A stretch of 64,000 bases of DNA. Source: Eledone cirrhosa. Lineage: Eukaryota. The translations under genes were made by a program, and so were the position numbers. The stretch covers positions 74,462,001-74,526,000 of the forward strand of contig OZ024740.1 in the NCBI GenBank assembly GCA_964016885.1, given 5' to 3'. Shown piece after piece: positions 26,790 to 37,530 of this stretch; position 1 is the stretch's first letter, and every line of letters begins with the position of its first letter. The notes under the pieces are model-generated. The model was not told the origin of the DNA, searched no databases, and saw nothing but the letters and a program-made list of their open reading frames with translations.

Positions 26790-27490
26790 TAAAAGACATA
26801 AAGGTAGGGAAGGCAGCCGGACCATCTGGTATAGTTGCTGAGATGTTAAAAGCATCTGACATGGTAGGATATGTGCTAATCAGATGCATTGTTAACCAAA
26901 TAGTACAGGATGGGGTCATACTCAATGACAAGTGCAGTAGTATCATTATAAATTGCTACAAGGGCAAAGAAGATGCAGTAAAGAAAAGTAACTACACAGG
27001 TATCAAGTTGATGGACCAAGTCATGAAATTACTAAAAGGGTTATAGCACAACTAATTAAGAACAGAATCAAGTTAAGTGAGTTTGGATTTATGCCAGGTA
27101 GGGAGGGGTACTAATGACGCCCACTTTCTGGTCAGATAACTACAGGAGAGGTACTTATCTAAGTGTAAGCCACTCTATCTGGCTTTTGTAGATATGGAGA
27201 AGGTGTTTGACAGGGTCCCACGATCTGTATTCTGGTGAACACTTAGGAAGCTAGGCAGAGATGAATGGCTTGTGAGGGCTTGTGCAGGCCATGTATAAAG
27301 AAGCAACCAGTAGAGTGAGAGTTGGAAATGAGTACAGTGATGAATTTGAAGTGCAAGTGTGAGTCTACCAGGGCTCAGTCCTCAGCCCATTCCTGTTTAT
27401 CAGTCCTTCAGGCACTGAGGAGTTTCAAATTGGCACTTCATCAGAGCTCTTATATGTTGACAACCTAGTCCTCATTGCTAAATCTCTATG
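26790..27490 (+). mobile_element. RTE RT fragment
   Basis: KAAGPSGIVAEMLKAS, YKGKEDA, AFVDMEKVFDRVP, QGSVLSP remnants with stops. Confidence 0.85.
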
Positions 27491-27795
27491 AGAGTTTAAT
27501 TTAATCTACATAAACTTGATCTTTTTTCATTCTTCCCCTTAAAAAAAGAACTATTGACTCTTAACATCCTGTAATGATTTAATTGAAAATATCTAAAAAC
27601 AAGTTTATAAACTTATGTTTATGATATCTTTACTCATTAAAAAATTGTGAAATTTTGCAATATTAGAATGGAAGTCTTAAATTTTATTGTGATGCAGTCA
27701 TTGTGCTACTTTTCTGTACTTTTCAAGAATGTCTTACTGATGTGGTTTTATGTGGTACAGGACATTAAGAATTAAAACAAAAACTCTTGACTTAC

Positions 27796-27906
27796 TGAGT
27801 CTCTTATGTCACTAAGTAAACCTTCAACTGTTGTAAACTTTCCTCCTAATGACCCCATCATAGCTTCGAGTTCAAGCACTGGAATGGAAATACTGCAGGT
27901 CTCACT
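27796..27906 (-). CDS. ZPR1: ZPR1 coding exon 11
   Basis: ttccAG|[37 protein letters not shown]|GTAAGT, 111 nt; hallmark [11 protein letters not shown]. Confidence 0.97.
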
Positions 27907-28006
27907 CTGGAATCAAAACATCATCAACATTTATATCATCATCAGTTAAAGATCCAGTGACAGACAAAATATATTTTGAACAAGTAAAACAATTTTGTAT
28001 ATGTAT

Positions 28007-28120
28007 ATATTAGAAAGAGTTGGGGCCCAACAGCTGAGCTCTTGCTGTTTCAACAGCTAGTTCTAAACAGCTGTTGAAATGGCAAGAGCTCAGCCGTCAG
28101 GCCCCGACTATTTCTAATAT
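28007..28120. repeat. ~110-bp palindromic hairpin repeat
   Basis: Arms of about 52 bp: TATATTAGAAAGAGTTGGGGCC...GAGCTCTTGCTGTTTCAACAGCT and AGCTGTTGAAATGGCAAGAGCTC...GGCCCCGACTATTTCTAATATA. Confidence 0.85.
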
Positions 28121-28172
28121 AGTCATACTTTACTAACCCAACTAGTCCAACTAGTTTAGAACTGGTTCTATG

Positions 28173-28228
<56 letters not shown>

Positions 28229-28271
28229 AAGAAAACGCGAAGTAGTTTCAGATGTTAAAGTCCTTTATTAG

Positions 28272-28352
28272 TAAGGCTGTGATATATTTCAATGACGACA
28301 GTGGCCATGCGATTTCGCCTAACCAGTGCCATGATCTCATCAGACAGCCTCA
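28272..28352 (-). ncRNA. Type I hammerhead ribozyme motif (Penelope-like element terminal-repeat type)
   Basis: Minus strand TGAGGCTGT-CTGATGA-[long hairpin]-GAAA-TATA-TC-ACAGCCTTA: intact core, 9-bp stem I, palindromic minimal stem III, then AATAAA and (TA)n. Confidence 0.75.
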
Positions 28353-28864
28353 TTACATAACATTACATAATAAGGTTACGTTCTCAAGGCAATACAAATT
28401 AAAACAAGGGGCTGGACAAAGCTAATGTTTTTGAAGCCTTCACCCATTCCCTTATGAGCCCTAATTCCTTTCCATACATATGAAAACACATCATATAAAA
28501 AATTAATTTACATGATCAAATGTTTCAATAAGCCAAAATGGGTATGGTAAATGGTATGTTATATCTGGAGCCTTGGTATGTCTCATGAGAGTATGGCCCT
28601 GCACATGGAAATTTCATCCCTAAAGTGCAGAATTTCGTAAGTTTTCTTTTTTTTTTTATAGAAAACCAGTAGATGTCTATGCATGCAACCCTCCCCTTTC
28701 TATGCTATCAATATTGTCCACAGGGAAACACAGAATGCAAATGATGTAAAGCGTCACATCCAATGTCTTAACAATTCTGTTAATCCCCTGCTTAGGACTA
28801 GTACTTTATTGACTCCAAAAGGGAGAAAATGAATGTTGACTTCTACAGGGCTTCAATTCAAAAT

Positions 28865-29108
28865 TCAGCCAGTTTTCATAACTTGGAACGACTAAGAGTA
28901 CAAGACTTCCCCCGGGACAAGACGCCCGTCCATCGCAGAGTTAGATCCCCAGCTATTGCTGGTACTTATTTTCAGTTGAGTATACAGGAGTAATGTGAAA
29001 TGAAGTGTTTTGCTCAAGAACACAACACACAACCCAGCCCAGGAATTGAACCCACGACATTATGATCGTAAGTCCAACTCCCTTACAACTAGGCCACACA
29101 CCTCCACA
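28865..29108 (-). mobile_element. tRNA-derived CORE-like SINE
   Basis: Minus strand GGAGGTGTGTGGCCTAGTTGTAAGG (A-box), GGTTCAATTCCTGG (B-box), then TCTTGAGCAAAACACTTCATTTCACATT. Confidence 0.75.
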
Positions 29109-29288
29109 ATGTAATTATCTACAAGAAATACCTTTCATATTTCAATTTCACAGAAAATATTACAACCAAAGTTTTCAGTGTTTTGAAATATAGATAAAGA
29201 AAAATAAATTTCAGCAAATCAATGAAAATACAACCCTCTTAATAACATTAAGATAAAGTAAAAATTAAAAAAGAAAGAAATTATATAC

Positions 29289-29449
29289 CTTCAAGACATC
29301 TCGAGAGAGATCAGAAATTGTCCGAATGTTCAAGTCCATGAGTTTCCCTTTTGGTTCAATAGCGCCACTACTTTTAACTTCATTATCCCGGTGGCCACAT
29401 TGTTCACAAGTGGTAGCCATTATAACAACCTCTTTAAAATGAGGAATAT
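29289..29449 (-). CDS. ZPR1: ZPR1 coding exon 10 (second half of zinc finger 2)
   Basis: (N)[53 protein letters not shown]|GTATAT, 161 nt. Confidence 0.97.
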
Positions 29450-30671
29450 CTAGCAGTGTTAAGGTAGACAGCATGAAGAATTAGAATTCTTTATTTCTAA
29501 CTATATAATACATAAAAATTACTCAAAGAATGCAATTTTTTTCCTTTTAAATTTGTCATTAAATGATGCTATTATAAGGAAATAAAAAATGAAAGAATAA
29601 CATCACTAAATCTACCTTTACAATCTGCTCCATTACAGTCTTGGGAACTATATATAATAAACAGAAGTAGAGTGAGAACTGAGCCCTGATATGCACAAAC
29701 CTTCAAGCTAAATTACTCACTGAACTTATTAAATTTTATTTTGCCGACAGAAGATGGTTCACAAGGCTCTCAAAAGCCATTCATTTATCCCTGTTTCTTA
29801 GAAATTATATCATGAAAGTGTCATTTTTAGCCATTAAAAAAACACAAAATACTATTATATTCACTTCTAATTTATTCTAAAGAATTGCAGAGACGACGAG
29901 GCTGCAGAGAATGTAATGAAAAATTTGAAACCATGAAACAAATGAAGAGTGAACAGTCATCAACACCATTTTACATCCATTTTCCATGCTGGCATCAGAA
30001 GGACAGTGTTATAGTCTGTGACTAGGAGATTTGGATACTAACCCTTGCTCACACATTGCATATTTTGGCATCACTTCTACAGTTGGATGCCCTTCCTAAT
30101 GCCAACCACTTTACAGAGTACATCACATGTATTTTATTGTAGCACAAGCACTACCACTTTAGAGTGTACAGGGTGCATTTTATCATGGCACCAACACTAT
30201 CCTGTACTCATCAAGAATGAAGAAAACCCTCTACTCTGTAACAGTTTTTTAGTGTTTTTTAAATGGTTAAAATGACTGTTCTATGATGTAATTGCTTTAG
30301 TTTTAACACATTAAGACACTTGCCAAACAAGTACAACTCCCAAATTATTTTGATTGGAAATAGTTTGTTAGGTATTTAACAAATATGGGAAAGGAAATAT
30401 TTGTTTAAATATTTGATTACCATATTTCTAATGAATGACACTGCCTATGATTTTCAAATAATTTTGAATATAATCAAGAATTTAAAGAGATTTAGTAATA
30501 TAACTAACTTTCTTAATAAACTGGCATTTGGAACATATTTTTACATTAAATTATGATGGAAAGTTTTCAGGTAAGTTTAAACATTTCAAAACAAACAGGG
30601 CTGTACCATCAAATCAAGGACAATTTCAGGTGGTTTAGTATCAAAAGGATTAAGTTTTATTCAAAGGATAC
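29450..30671 (-). other. U12-type GT-AG intron (ZPR1 intron 9)
   Basis: 5' site GTATCCTTT (30671-30663); branch site CCTTAAC (29464-29458) just before the AG; no pyrimidine tract. Confidence 0.92.
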
Positions 30672-30738
30672 TGACTAACTTCATGTTAGTAGAACACCGT
30701 GTATTGCAGCTAGGACAGTCTATATGAAATGATAACAC
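30672..30738 (-). CDS. ZPR1: ZPR1 coding exon 9 (first half of zinc finger 2)
   Basis: attacAG|VLSFHIDCPSCNTRCSTNMKLV plus A, 67 nt. Confidence 0.95.
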
Positions 30739-31204
30739 CTGTAATGAGAAAATAGAACAGGATATATCAAATTTGTCAATACAACAAAGTCTGGAAAACA
30801 TTTCAAAATACTCAATTTATGTTTTGTATCTGTTGCAGGACAAGGTATATTCTGCTTCTGGTTTTAAACATTTCGAAGTGATAGACCAACAGTAAATCTA
30901 GAGTAATCTATAAGAGAGATTTTCACACAAAATATTTTCGAGTATTTGTTGTTAATGTCTGGGTGAGAGGGATGAGTGATAGGAAGAATGAATTCTATCT
31001 AATAAAAAACATGTTCTTTCAGAAAAAAATTGGAATAGAGAGAGAGGCCTAGGCAGCAAAGACAGGATTTAGATGATTTGTATCTCGGAGTAAATAAGTA
31101 GGAAATAGTTCATAGGACCAAGCTTGAAACTAATTCCATGAACAACGATTTAAGAAATTACATTCAGGATGTTTGCATAAGAAATGGATTATTGCTATAC
31201 ATAC

Positions 31205-31279
31205 CTCATCTTTAAGGTTCAAAGTATTGTCAGTAGGAATTCCAGCACTTGCAATAACAGTCCGATCATCTTCTTCAGG
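31205..31279 (-). CDS. ZPR1: ZPR1 coding exon 8 (linker)
   Basis: ctatAG|PEEDDRTVIASAGIPTDNTLNLKDE|GTATGT, 75 nt, phase 0-0; ends in L+DE before the conserved VL.F. Confidence 0.82.
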
Positions 31280-31899
31280 CTATAGAATATGTTTAACAAA
31301 ATGAAACAGTAATATTACAATGGTTCTCAAGCAAACATCAGAGAGAAGAGTATAAATAAAAAGAAACAAAAAACAGCAATAATGTAAAGCATTTTGATAG
31401 ACATTTGGTTTTTATTGTTTACAATATAGGATAGAGAGGACCATTTCTGTAGTGCTGATGTCACAATAAAATACACCAAGTACATTTGTAAATCGGTTAA
31501 TGTTAGGAAGGGCATCCAGCCATAGAAACCATGCCAAAATATGGAATTAATGAACAAGATATGGTTCTGCTTCAGCTATTAAATGCTGCAGGCCAAAGTA
31601 GCTAGGCGTGGTGCCATGTGACAGAAGGACCTCTTAGTTCAATTAAGAGGTTAAAGATGCTATCCAAGCAAAGAAGGAAGCTTACACAGCTTTACTTAGA
31701 AATAAGTCTGCCTTCTTGCACTTATGATACAAGCAGGTGCAAAAAGTTACAGCAGAGACAGTAAAGGCATCCAAAGTTTAGACATTGGAGGTTTTGGGGA
31801 GTTATGCTGAAATTTGACTTCACATCAGCAAATAAAGTATTCTGGCAGACTATCAGACTATCTACAGACTCTGTAATATTTTTTCTATCAAGAATGTGT

Positions 31900-33530
31900 C
31901 TGGGGTTCTCTCTCTTCAGAGAAGTGCATTGTCGCAAATTGGTGAGAATACTTTGCTGATCTCCTAAACCTGATCACAAAAGCATTTTCTGATGTACATA
32001 AGATGCATCTGGAAGCAATGACTAATGGCTCGGAGGCTGAGATCACAAGAGCAATTAAAAAGCTCATATGTGGTTGGTAAGGCCTCTAAGGAAGATGAAA
32101 TTCAGCTCTAGATGTTAAAAGCCTTTAATAGAAAAAGTATTCTCTGGCTGACTTGTGTGTGCCAGGTGGCCTGGAACTCTAGAAAGGCACCTAAGCAATG
32201 GCAATTAGGAGTAATAATCCCAATTTTCAAAAAGGGAGACAAGAGAGATTATTCCAATTACAGAGGGATCTCCTTGTTAAACCTCTCTGGTAAAGTCTAT
32301 GCTAAGTGCCTGGCAAAGAGATGCAGGGAAATTGTCGAGACCAAGCTAGCTGATGAACAGTGCGGCTTTCACCCCAGACGCAGCACAGCCAACCAAATAT
32401 TCAAATCATGGGAGTATTACCAGGAGGTATATTCTTATTTTGTAGACCTTGAAAAGACATATGACTGTGTTCCATGGAACCTATTGTAAAAGGTTCTGCA
32501 GGAGTATGGGATCGATGGTCAGCTTCTTGCTGCCCTGATGTCTCTATATGAATGCCATAGTATTTGTGTTGGATAAATAATGTTAAGTCGAAGCCATTCA
32601 ATGTGAGTGTCAGACTCAGCCAAGGGTGAGTATTGTCACCGCTCCTGTTCATAATCTTTATGAACAGGATTGACATGCACAGCCACGTTGGAAGTGGTAT
32701 TACAACTAGCAAGTGTAGGATCAGTCAACTGGAATTTGCAGACAACATGGTGTTACTTGTCAGAAGGTGATCCCTGACATGCACTTGATAGGTTTGATGC
32801 TGAGTGCTGCATGGCTGGAATGAAAATCAGTGCTGTGATGATTGAGACACACGTCCTTTCAAGGAAGCCTGCATAGTGAAATCTACATGGGAGTGGAGTT
32901 CTACTGAACCAGGTGACAAAGTTCAGGTGTCCCAGGGCTATGTTCACAAAGGATGGAAGGCAGGAGGCTGAATTAAGTGCAAGAATTGCAGGAACTGGTG
33001 CAGTAATGCACCAGCTTCAGCATTCAGTTATCAGAAGGGAGGGAGGTAGGTGTAAAAGCCAAATTCACTATCATCAATTCAGTATTTGTGCCAACCCTTA
33101 CCTATGATCATCTTCGGTAATGACCAAAATATGATTGCAAATGCAAGCAGCCGCAATGGGGTTCGTCCAAATGATCTTTGGAGTAACGTTACTCAATTGA
33201 GTGCATAGCTCGGAGATCAGAGAATCACTCCAGGTAGAGCCACTACTTCTCTGAATTAAGAGATCATAGCTCCAATATTACAGACATGTGGTCAAAAAGT
33301 TAAAAGAAAGAATCGCTGGACAGATTTTACGGCCAAACCTATTGGCAGGATACCTGAGTGTAGACCCTAAGCAAGATGGTTGGATAACATTCCTGAGCTC
33401 AGCTGGACTCACTTGGGGATCAAGCTTGATCAATTAGTGACAGTTGATTCTGACAAACCTGCTGGAAGGCAAGCTTAAGAACTCTGTCCCCACAACCCTC
33501 TCAAGAATAAGTGGGTGAAGAAGAAGAAAA
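31900..33530 (+). mobile_element. Degenerate RTE LINE of a second family, with (GAA)n tail
   Basis: WQLGVIIPIFKKGDKRDYSNYRGISLL, DEQCGF, FVDLEKTYDCVP, LEFADN; no PHD insert seen. Confidence 0.88.
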
Positions 33531-33532
33531 TA

Positions 33533-33570
<38 letters not shown>

Positions 33571-33618
33571 AACGATGATGATGATATATACACACACCAA
33601 CTCACATATATATCCATA

Positions 33619-33806
33619 TGAGGGGTTGCTGAAAAGTCCTTTGCTTTAAGGGTATTGCAAAAGGGTAGAGCTGTTACCTTTACAGGGGAGGTATGACCGT
33701 TGCAATAAGTGAGTAAATATGAGAGGGGAATATGTTGAATAAAATCATATAAAATCCTCCTTTATTTTATTTTACTCAAAGCCAGAAACTTTTCAGCACA
33801 CTCTTG
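33619..33806 (+). mobile_element. mariner-derived MITE
   Basis: TA TSD; TIRs TGAGGGGTTGCTGAAAAGT and ACTTTTCAGCACACTCTTG; internal remnant of the transposase C-terminus (RGEYVE*). Confidence 0.8.
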
Positions 33807-34046
33807 TAGATATATATGTATATATACATGTGTGTTTATGTTCTGTAACTTAGTAGTTCAACAAGAAGAGAATCATAAAATAATTAGCAGACTTGAAAAA
33901 ACTATGTCCATATGATTCACTAAATTCCTTTAAGATGAATCTTCAGCATGGCTTCAGTCTAATGATTGAAACCAGGATAAAAAGAATAAAAGAATAAATT
34001 TCAAACAACAAAAACAACATAATCAATAGAGAAAAGAATTACTCAC

Positions 34047-34128
34047 TGGTATACCAAGAAACAGATTTTGTTCAGAAGATCTTTTATAGTTGTGTACAAC
34101 CATTTCAATGTCTTTGTTTGGTGCATGA
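34047..34128 (-). CDS. ZPR1: ZPR1 coding exon 7
   Basis: After the AC acceptor: T plus HAPNKDIEMVVHNYKRSSEQNLFLGIP|GTGAGT, 82 nt; restores the conserved ENPHAP. Confidence 0.92.
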
Positions 34129-34536
34129 GTGAAAAGAGGAATTAAGGACCAATAAGAAATTCAGAGGTTAAAACAAAAAATAATACACAGTTTGTATGTA
34201 ATTAGTTTAAATCAGTATGGTGATTTGTCTAGTACCATCTTGCCTGTGAGACCCAACATCATGAAATCTAACTCTACTACTATCCAGTGGCAGATTACGG
34301 TAGGTGTGATTGATTGGGCTGTTGCCAGGGGCCTCAATATTCAGAACCCAAAATTACTTTTTCTTTGTATCATAAATAATACGCAAGGAGCCCCATGCAC
34401 ACAATCCACATCTGCCACTATTAGTTCTCATATGTTTTTGGGTCATTCTCTGCTATAACTACTCTTTCCTGATAATACATAAAACAATTCTTATGAAAAC
34501 GTATCTTTTTACAAAATGGACATCTTGAAAGGATAT
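34129..34536 (-). other. U12-type AT-AC intron (ZPR1 intron 6), 408 nt
   Basis: 5' site ATATCCTTT (34536-34528), branch site TCCTTAAT (34148-34141), 3' end ...TTTTCAC. Confidence 0.92.
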
Positions 34537-34577
34537 GGATTCTCTACAAAGCTGTTTCCACTGGGATCGTCAAGAAC
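34537..34577 (-). CDS. ZPR1: ZPR1 coding exon 6
   Basis: atttcAG|VLDDPSGNSFVEN plus CC, 41 nt; hallmark DDPSGNSFVENP. Confidence 0.95.
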
Positions 34578-35080
34578 CTGAAATAATATAGAAAAATATT
34601 CATTAAACATCATCACCCCTTTTTAATGTGTATTTTGCTAAACAGGTCTTGCTCATACGTTCCATTTTTGGCTTGGGTTCTATAACCAGATGTCCTTCCT
34701 AACACCAATAAATTTACAGTGCGTAATGGGAGCATTTTATCATGACTTGAGCACTACCACTTTACTGGGTGGACTGGGTGTCTTTTGTGGCACTACCACG
34801 TTACAAGATGGACCAGGTGCTTTTTGTCATGGGTCCAGCACTACCACCTTACAGGGTGGACTGGGTGCATTTTATCATGGCACATGCACTACTGCATTAC
34901 AAGATGATGAACACCAGAGTGATGTGTATCCTTGGCCTGGATCACAGACAAAATTGCTAAAAATGCATAAAAATAAATTAGTTCTTCTTTAATACCAAAA
35001 TGTACATCAGTTTTCTATAGCTATTTATGCTCAAAAACATACATTCTCCTCTTTCAACACAGTTATTACCCTCTCAGACA

Positions 35081-35482
35081 TGTTTGCCATAAAAGAACAG
35101 AGAGAAACTGCATTGAGTAGAAAGGAGTGTAGCGCTCTCTAGACAGGGAAGTAGTTACTTCCCGTCGAAAGTCTAGAACTCTCTTTTGCAACTTCCGGAA
35201 AGAGGTTATAAATAGCGGCAACACAGCCAGCTCTTTCTCTCTTTGGCGCCTTTCCTTCGAACCGACAACACTGAAGATAAACATGTTAATCATAGGCTTG
35301 GACTATATCTAAATATGTACGAGGATATTTGTGTACAACAATTATAACGGAGTTATAATAAAATGAAGACTTGTATTCGATATGGTGTTTTGTAAATATA
35401 TCTTATCCTTTTCTGTATAAAATTTAGTAGTTAGATTCCGGTGATATTTACTCAAGTAAATAATCCTGGGTCTGGCAGAACA
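35081..35482 (+). mobile_element. Possible solo LTR
   Basis: TG...CA ends with short inverted termini (TGTTTGCCA and TGGCAGAACA); ACTTCCGG, TATAAATA and AATAAA; shares motifs with the LTRs at 53778 and 55440. No TSD found. Confidence 0.5.
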
Positions 35483-35999
35483 CTAAAGGACTCTTTAACC
35501 TTGCATTGTACAAGGCAATCTCTTTAGTGTTGGTGCCATGATAAAATGTACCCAGTACACTATAAAATGGTTGATGTTAGGAAGGGCATCCAACTGTAGA
35601 AACGAAAAATGGAACGTACAAGTCAGACATGGCCCTCACTCCATAAAGGAGAGCAGTTACTCCAAATATGGACTGACTAAGGTCATAATAACCCACCCAC
35701 TAGAATCCACGTTTTACACTCACACACTACCCATCTCCACCTATATATTACACCCCATCTAAGAACCACCTATATATTACACCCCTTCAAAGAAAAGCAG
35801 CCTAGTTGTATACCACACATTACAATCAATGACCTACCATTCAGATATTTTCTCTCTGTATCTTCTAATACTCATCTCTTCTGGACTTACTAATGCTATT
35901 TTATTCCCACTTAAACTCCAGTGCACATGTCATTTCTTCTTTGTAGCGTCTATTATAACTCACTGACATAAACGTTTATTTAAAAACTTTAATACTTAC

Positions 36000-36086
36000 A
36001 ATTGTAAATGGTTCTTCCACTTCAAGAACATTTTTCAGCTTATTGATGAATGCATCTAATTTTTCTGCTAGTTCAGGGTGTTGTAT
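36000..36086 (-). CDS. ZPR1: ZPR1 coding exon 5
   Basis: ttcttAG|IQHPELAEKLDAFINKLKNVLEVEEPFTI|GTAAGT, 87 nt. Confidence 0.93.
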
Positions 36087-36685
36087 CTAAGAAAAGAGGG
36101 AGAGAAATAAAATAAGCCTCTTTAGATAATGGTTTCTAATTTAGGCACAAGCCAACCTTTTTAGGAGGGGAAAGTCAATTAAATCGACCCCAGTGCATGA
36201 CTAGTACTTTATTTTATCAAAGCATGAAAGGCAAAGTTAACTCTGGCAGGATTTGAAATCAGAATATAAAGGGTCATTACTCTATACCACAATGCATATT
36301 GTCTGACACTCTACTGATACTGCCCACCCACTGCTCTCTTTAGATAATGAATTTAAATATATTAAGACCATCATTTTAATCTAAATAAAAAAAACTCATC
36401 AAAACATAATGTTGATAACATGACTTTTCATTGAATGACATTTCATCAAAATTATCAATTATTCATAGAATAATTTTGGAAATATATTATGCTGTAAAAT
36501 AATTCTAAATATAAAATAATGTGCAGATATGGCTGTATATATAGCAAGCATTCTGGTAGATTCTATCTCCCAAATCTACTCACATAAGGCACTAATGAGC
36601 CCAAGATCTCACTCAAACTACCAAAATAAAAATGAAAAAAAAAGGATGAACAATTCTGAAAGAGTTTAAATTCAAAATTACTTAC

Positions 36686-36756
36686 TTTTCGAAGAGGTTG
36701 TTGGGATTCAATTCCTGATATTGCATTTGTTATCAAACCTTCAATGTTAGTTACAG
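36686..36756 (-). CDS. ZPR1: ZPR1 coding exon 4
   Basis: atttcAG|CT plus VTNIEGLITNAISGIESQQPLRK|GTAAGT, 71 nt. Confidence 0.95.
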
Positions 36757-36785
36757 CTGAAATAGGAAAGATGAATATTATGTTT

Positions 36786-37530
36786 TCAAACCTTCAAAGG
36801 TAAGTTATAGTTGTGTCAGGGATGTGTAAGAGACAAGGAGACATGTTTTAAGATATCGCTGTTAGTTACAGTTATGACAGAGATGTGTGTGTATGAGAGA
36901 GAGTGACATGTTTAAAGATATCACTATTAGTTATAGCTGACAGAGGTGTGAGTAAGAGATAGAGAGAGACATCATCAGAGTTTAACATCCACTTTCCATG
37001 CTAGCATGGCTTAGACATATTTAAAGATGTTACTGTTAGTTATAGCTGTAACTGAGGTATGAGAGAGAGTGTATGTATGACAAATTTAAAGATATCAATT
37101 AGTTATAGCTGCAACAGAGAGACAGTGTGACATGTTTAAAGATATCAATGTTAGTTATTGCTGTGACAGATGTGAGAGACAGTGTGACATGTTTAAAGAT
37201 ATCACTGTTATAGCTGTGACAGAGATGAGAGAGAGACATATTTAAAGATATCACTGTTAGTTATAACTGTGACAGAGATGTGAGAGACAGTGTGACATGT
37301 TTAAAGATATCACTGTTGGTTATAGCTGTGACAGAGATGAGAGAGGGGGGGGGGGGGATTTAAATATATCACGGTTAGTTATAGCTGTGCCAGAAATGTG
37401 AGAGAGAGAGACATTTAAAGATATCACTGTTATACCTGTGACAGAGATGAGAGAGTGTGTGTGTGTGTGTGACATGTTTAAAGATGTCACTGTTAGTTAT
37501 AGCTGTGACAGAGATGTGAGAGAGAGTGTG
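36786..37530. repeat. ~55-bp minisatellite (about 12 units) in ZPR1 intron 3
   Basis: Unit GACATGTTTAAAGATATCACTGTTAGTTATAGCTGTGACAGAGATG(AG)n, interrupted by a short SINE-tail fragment at ~36968-37015. Confidence 0.92.

Noticed and set aside
29265-29474. ORF-track 69-aa and 84-aa (42901-43155) proteins as standalone genes
   Set aside because: They are single ZPR1 exons read into flanking intron sequence.
36786-37530. CRISPR-like repeat/spacer appearance
   Set aside because: The spacers are (AG)/(TG) microsatellite variants, the context is a eukaryotic intron, and there are no cas genes.
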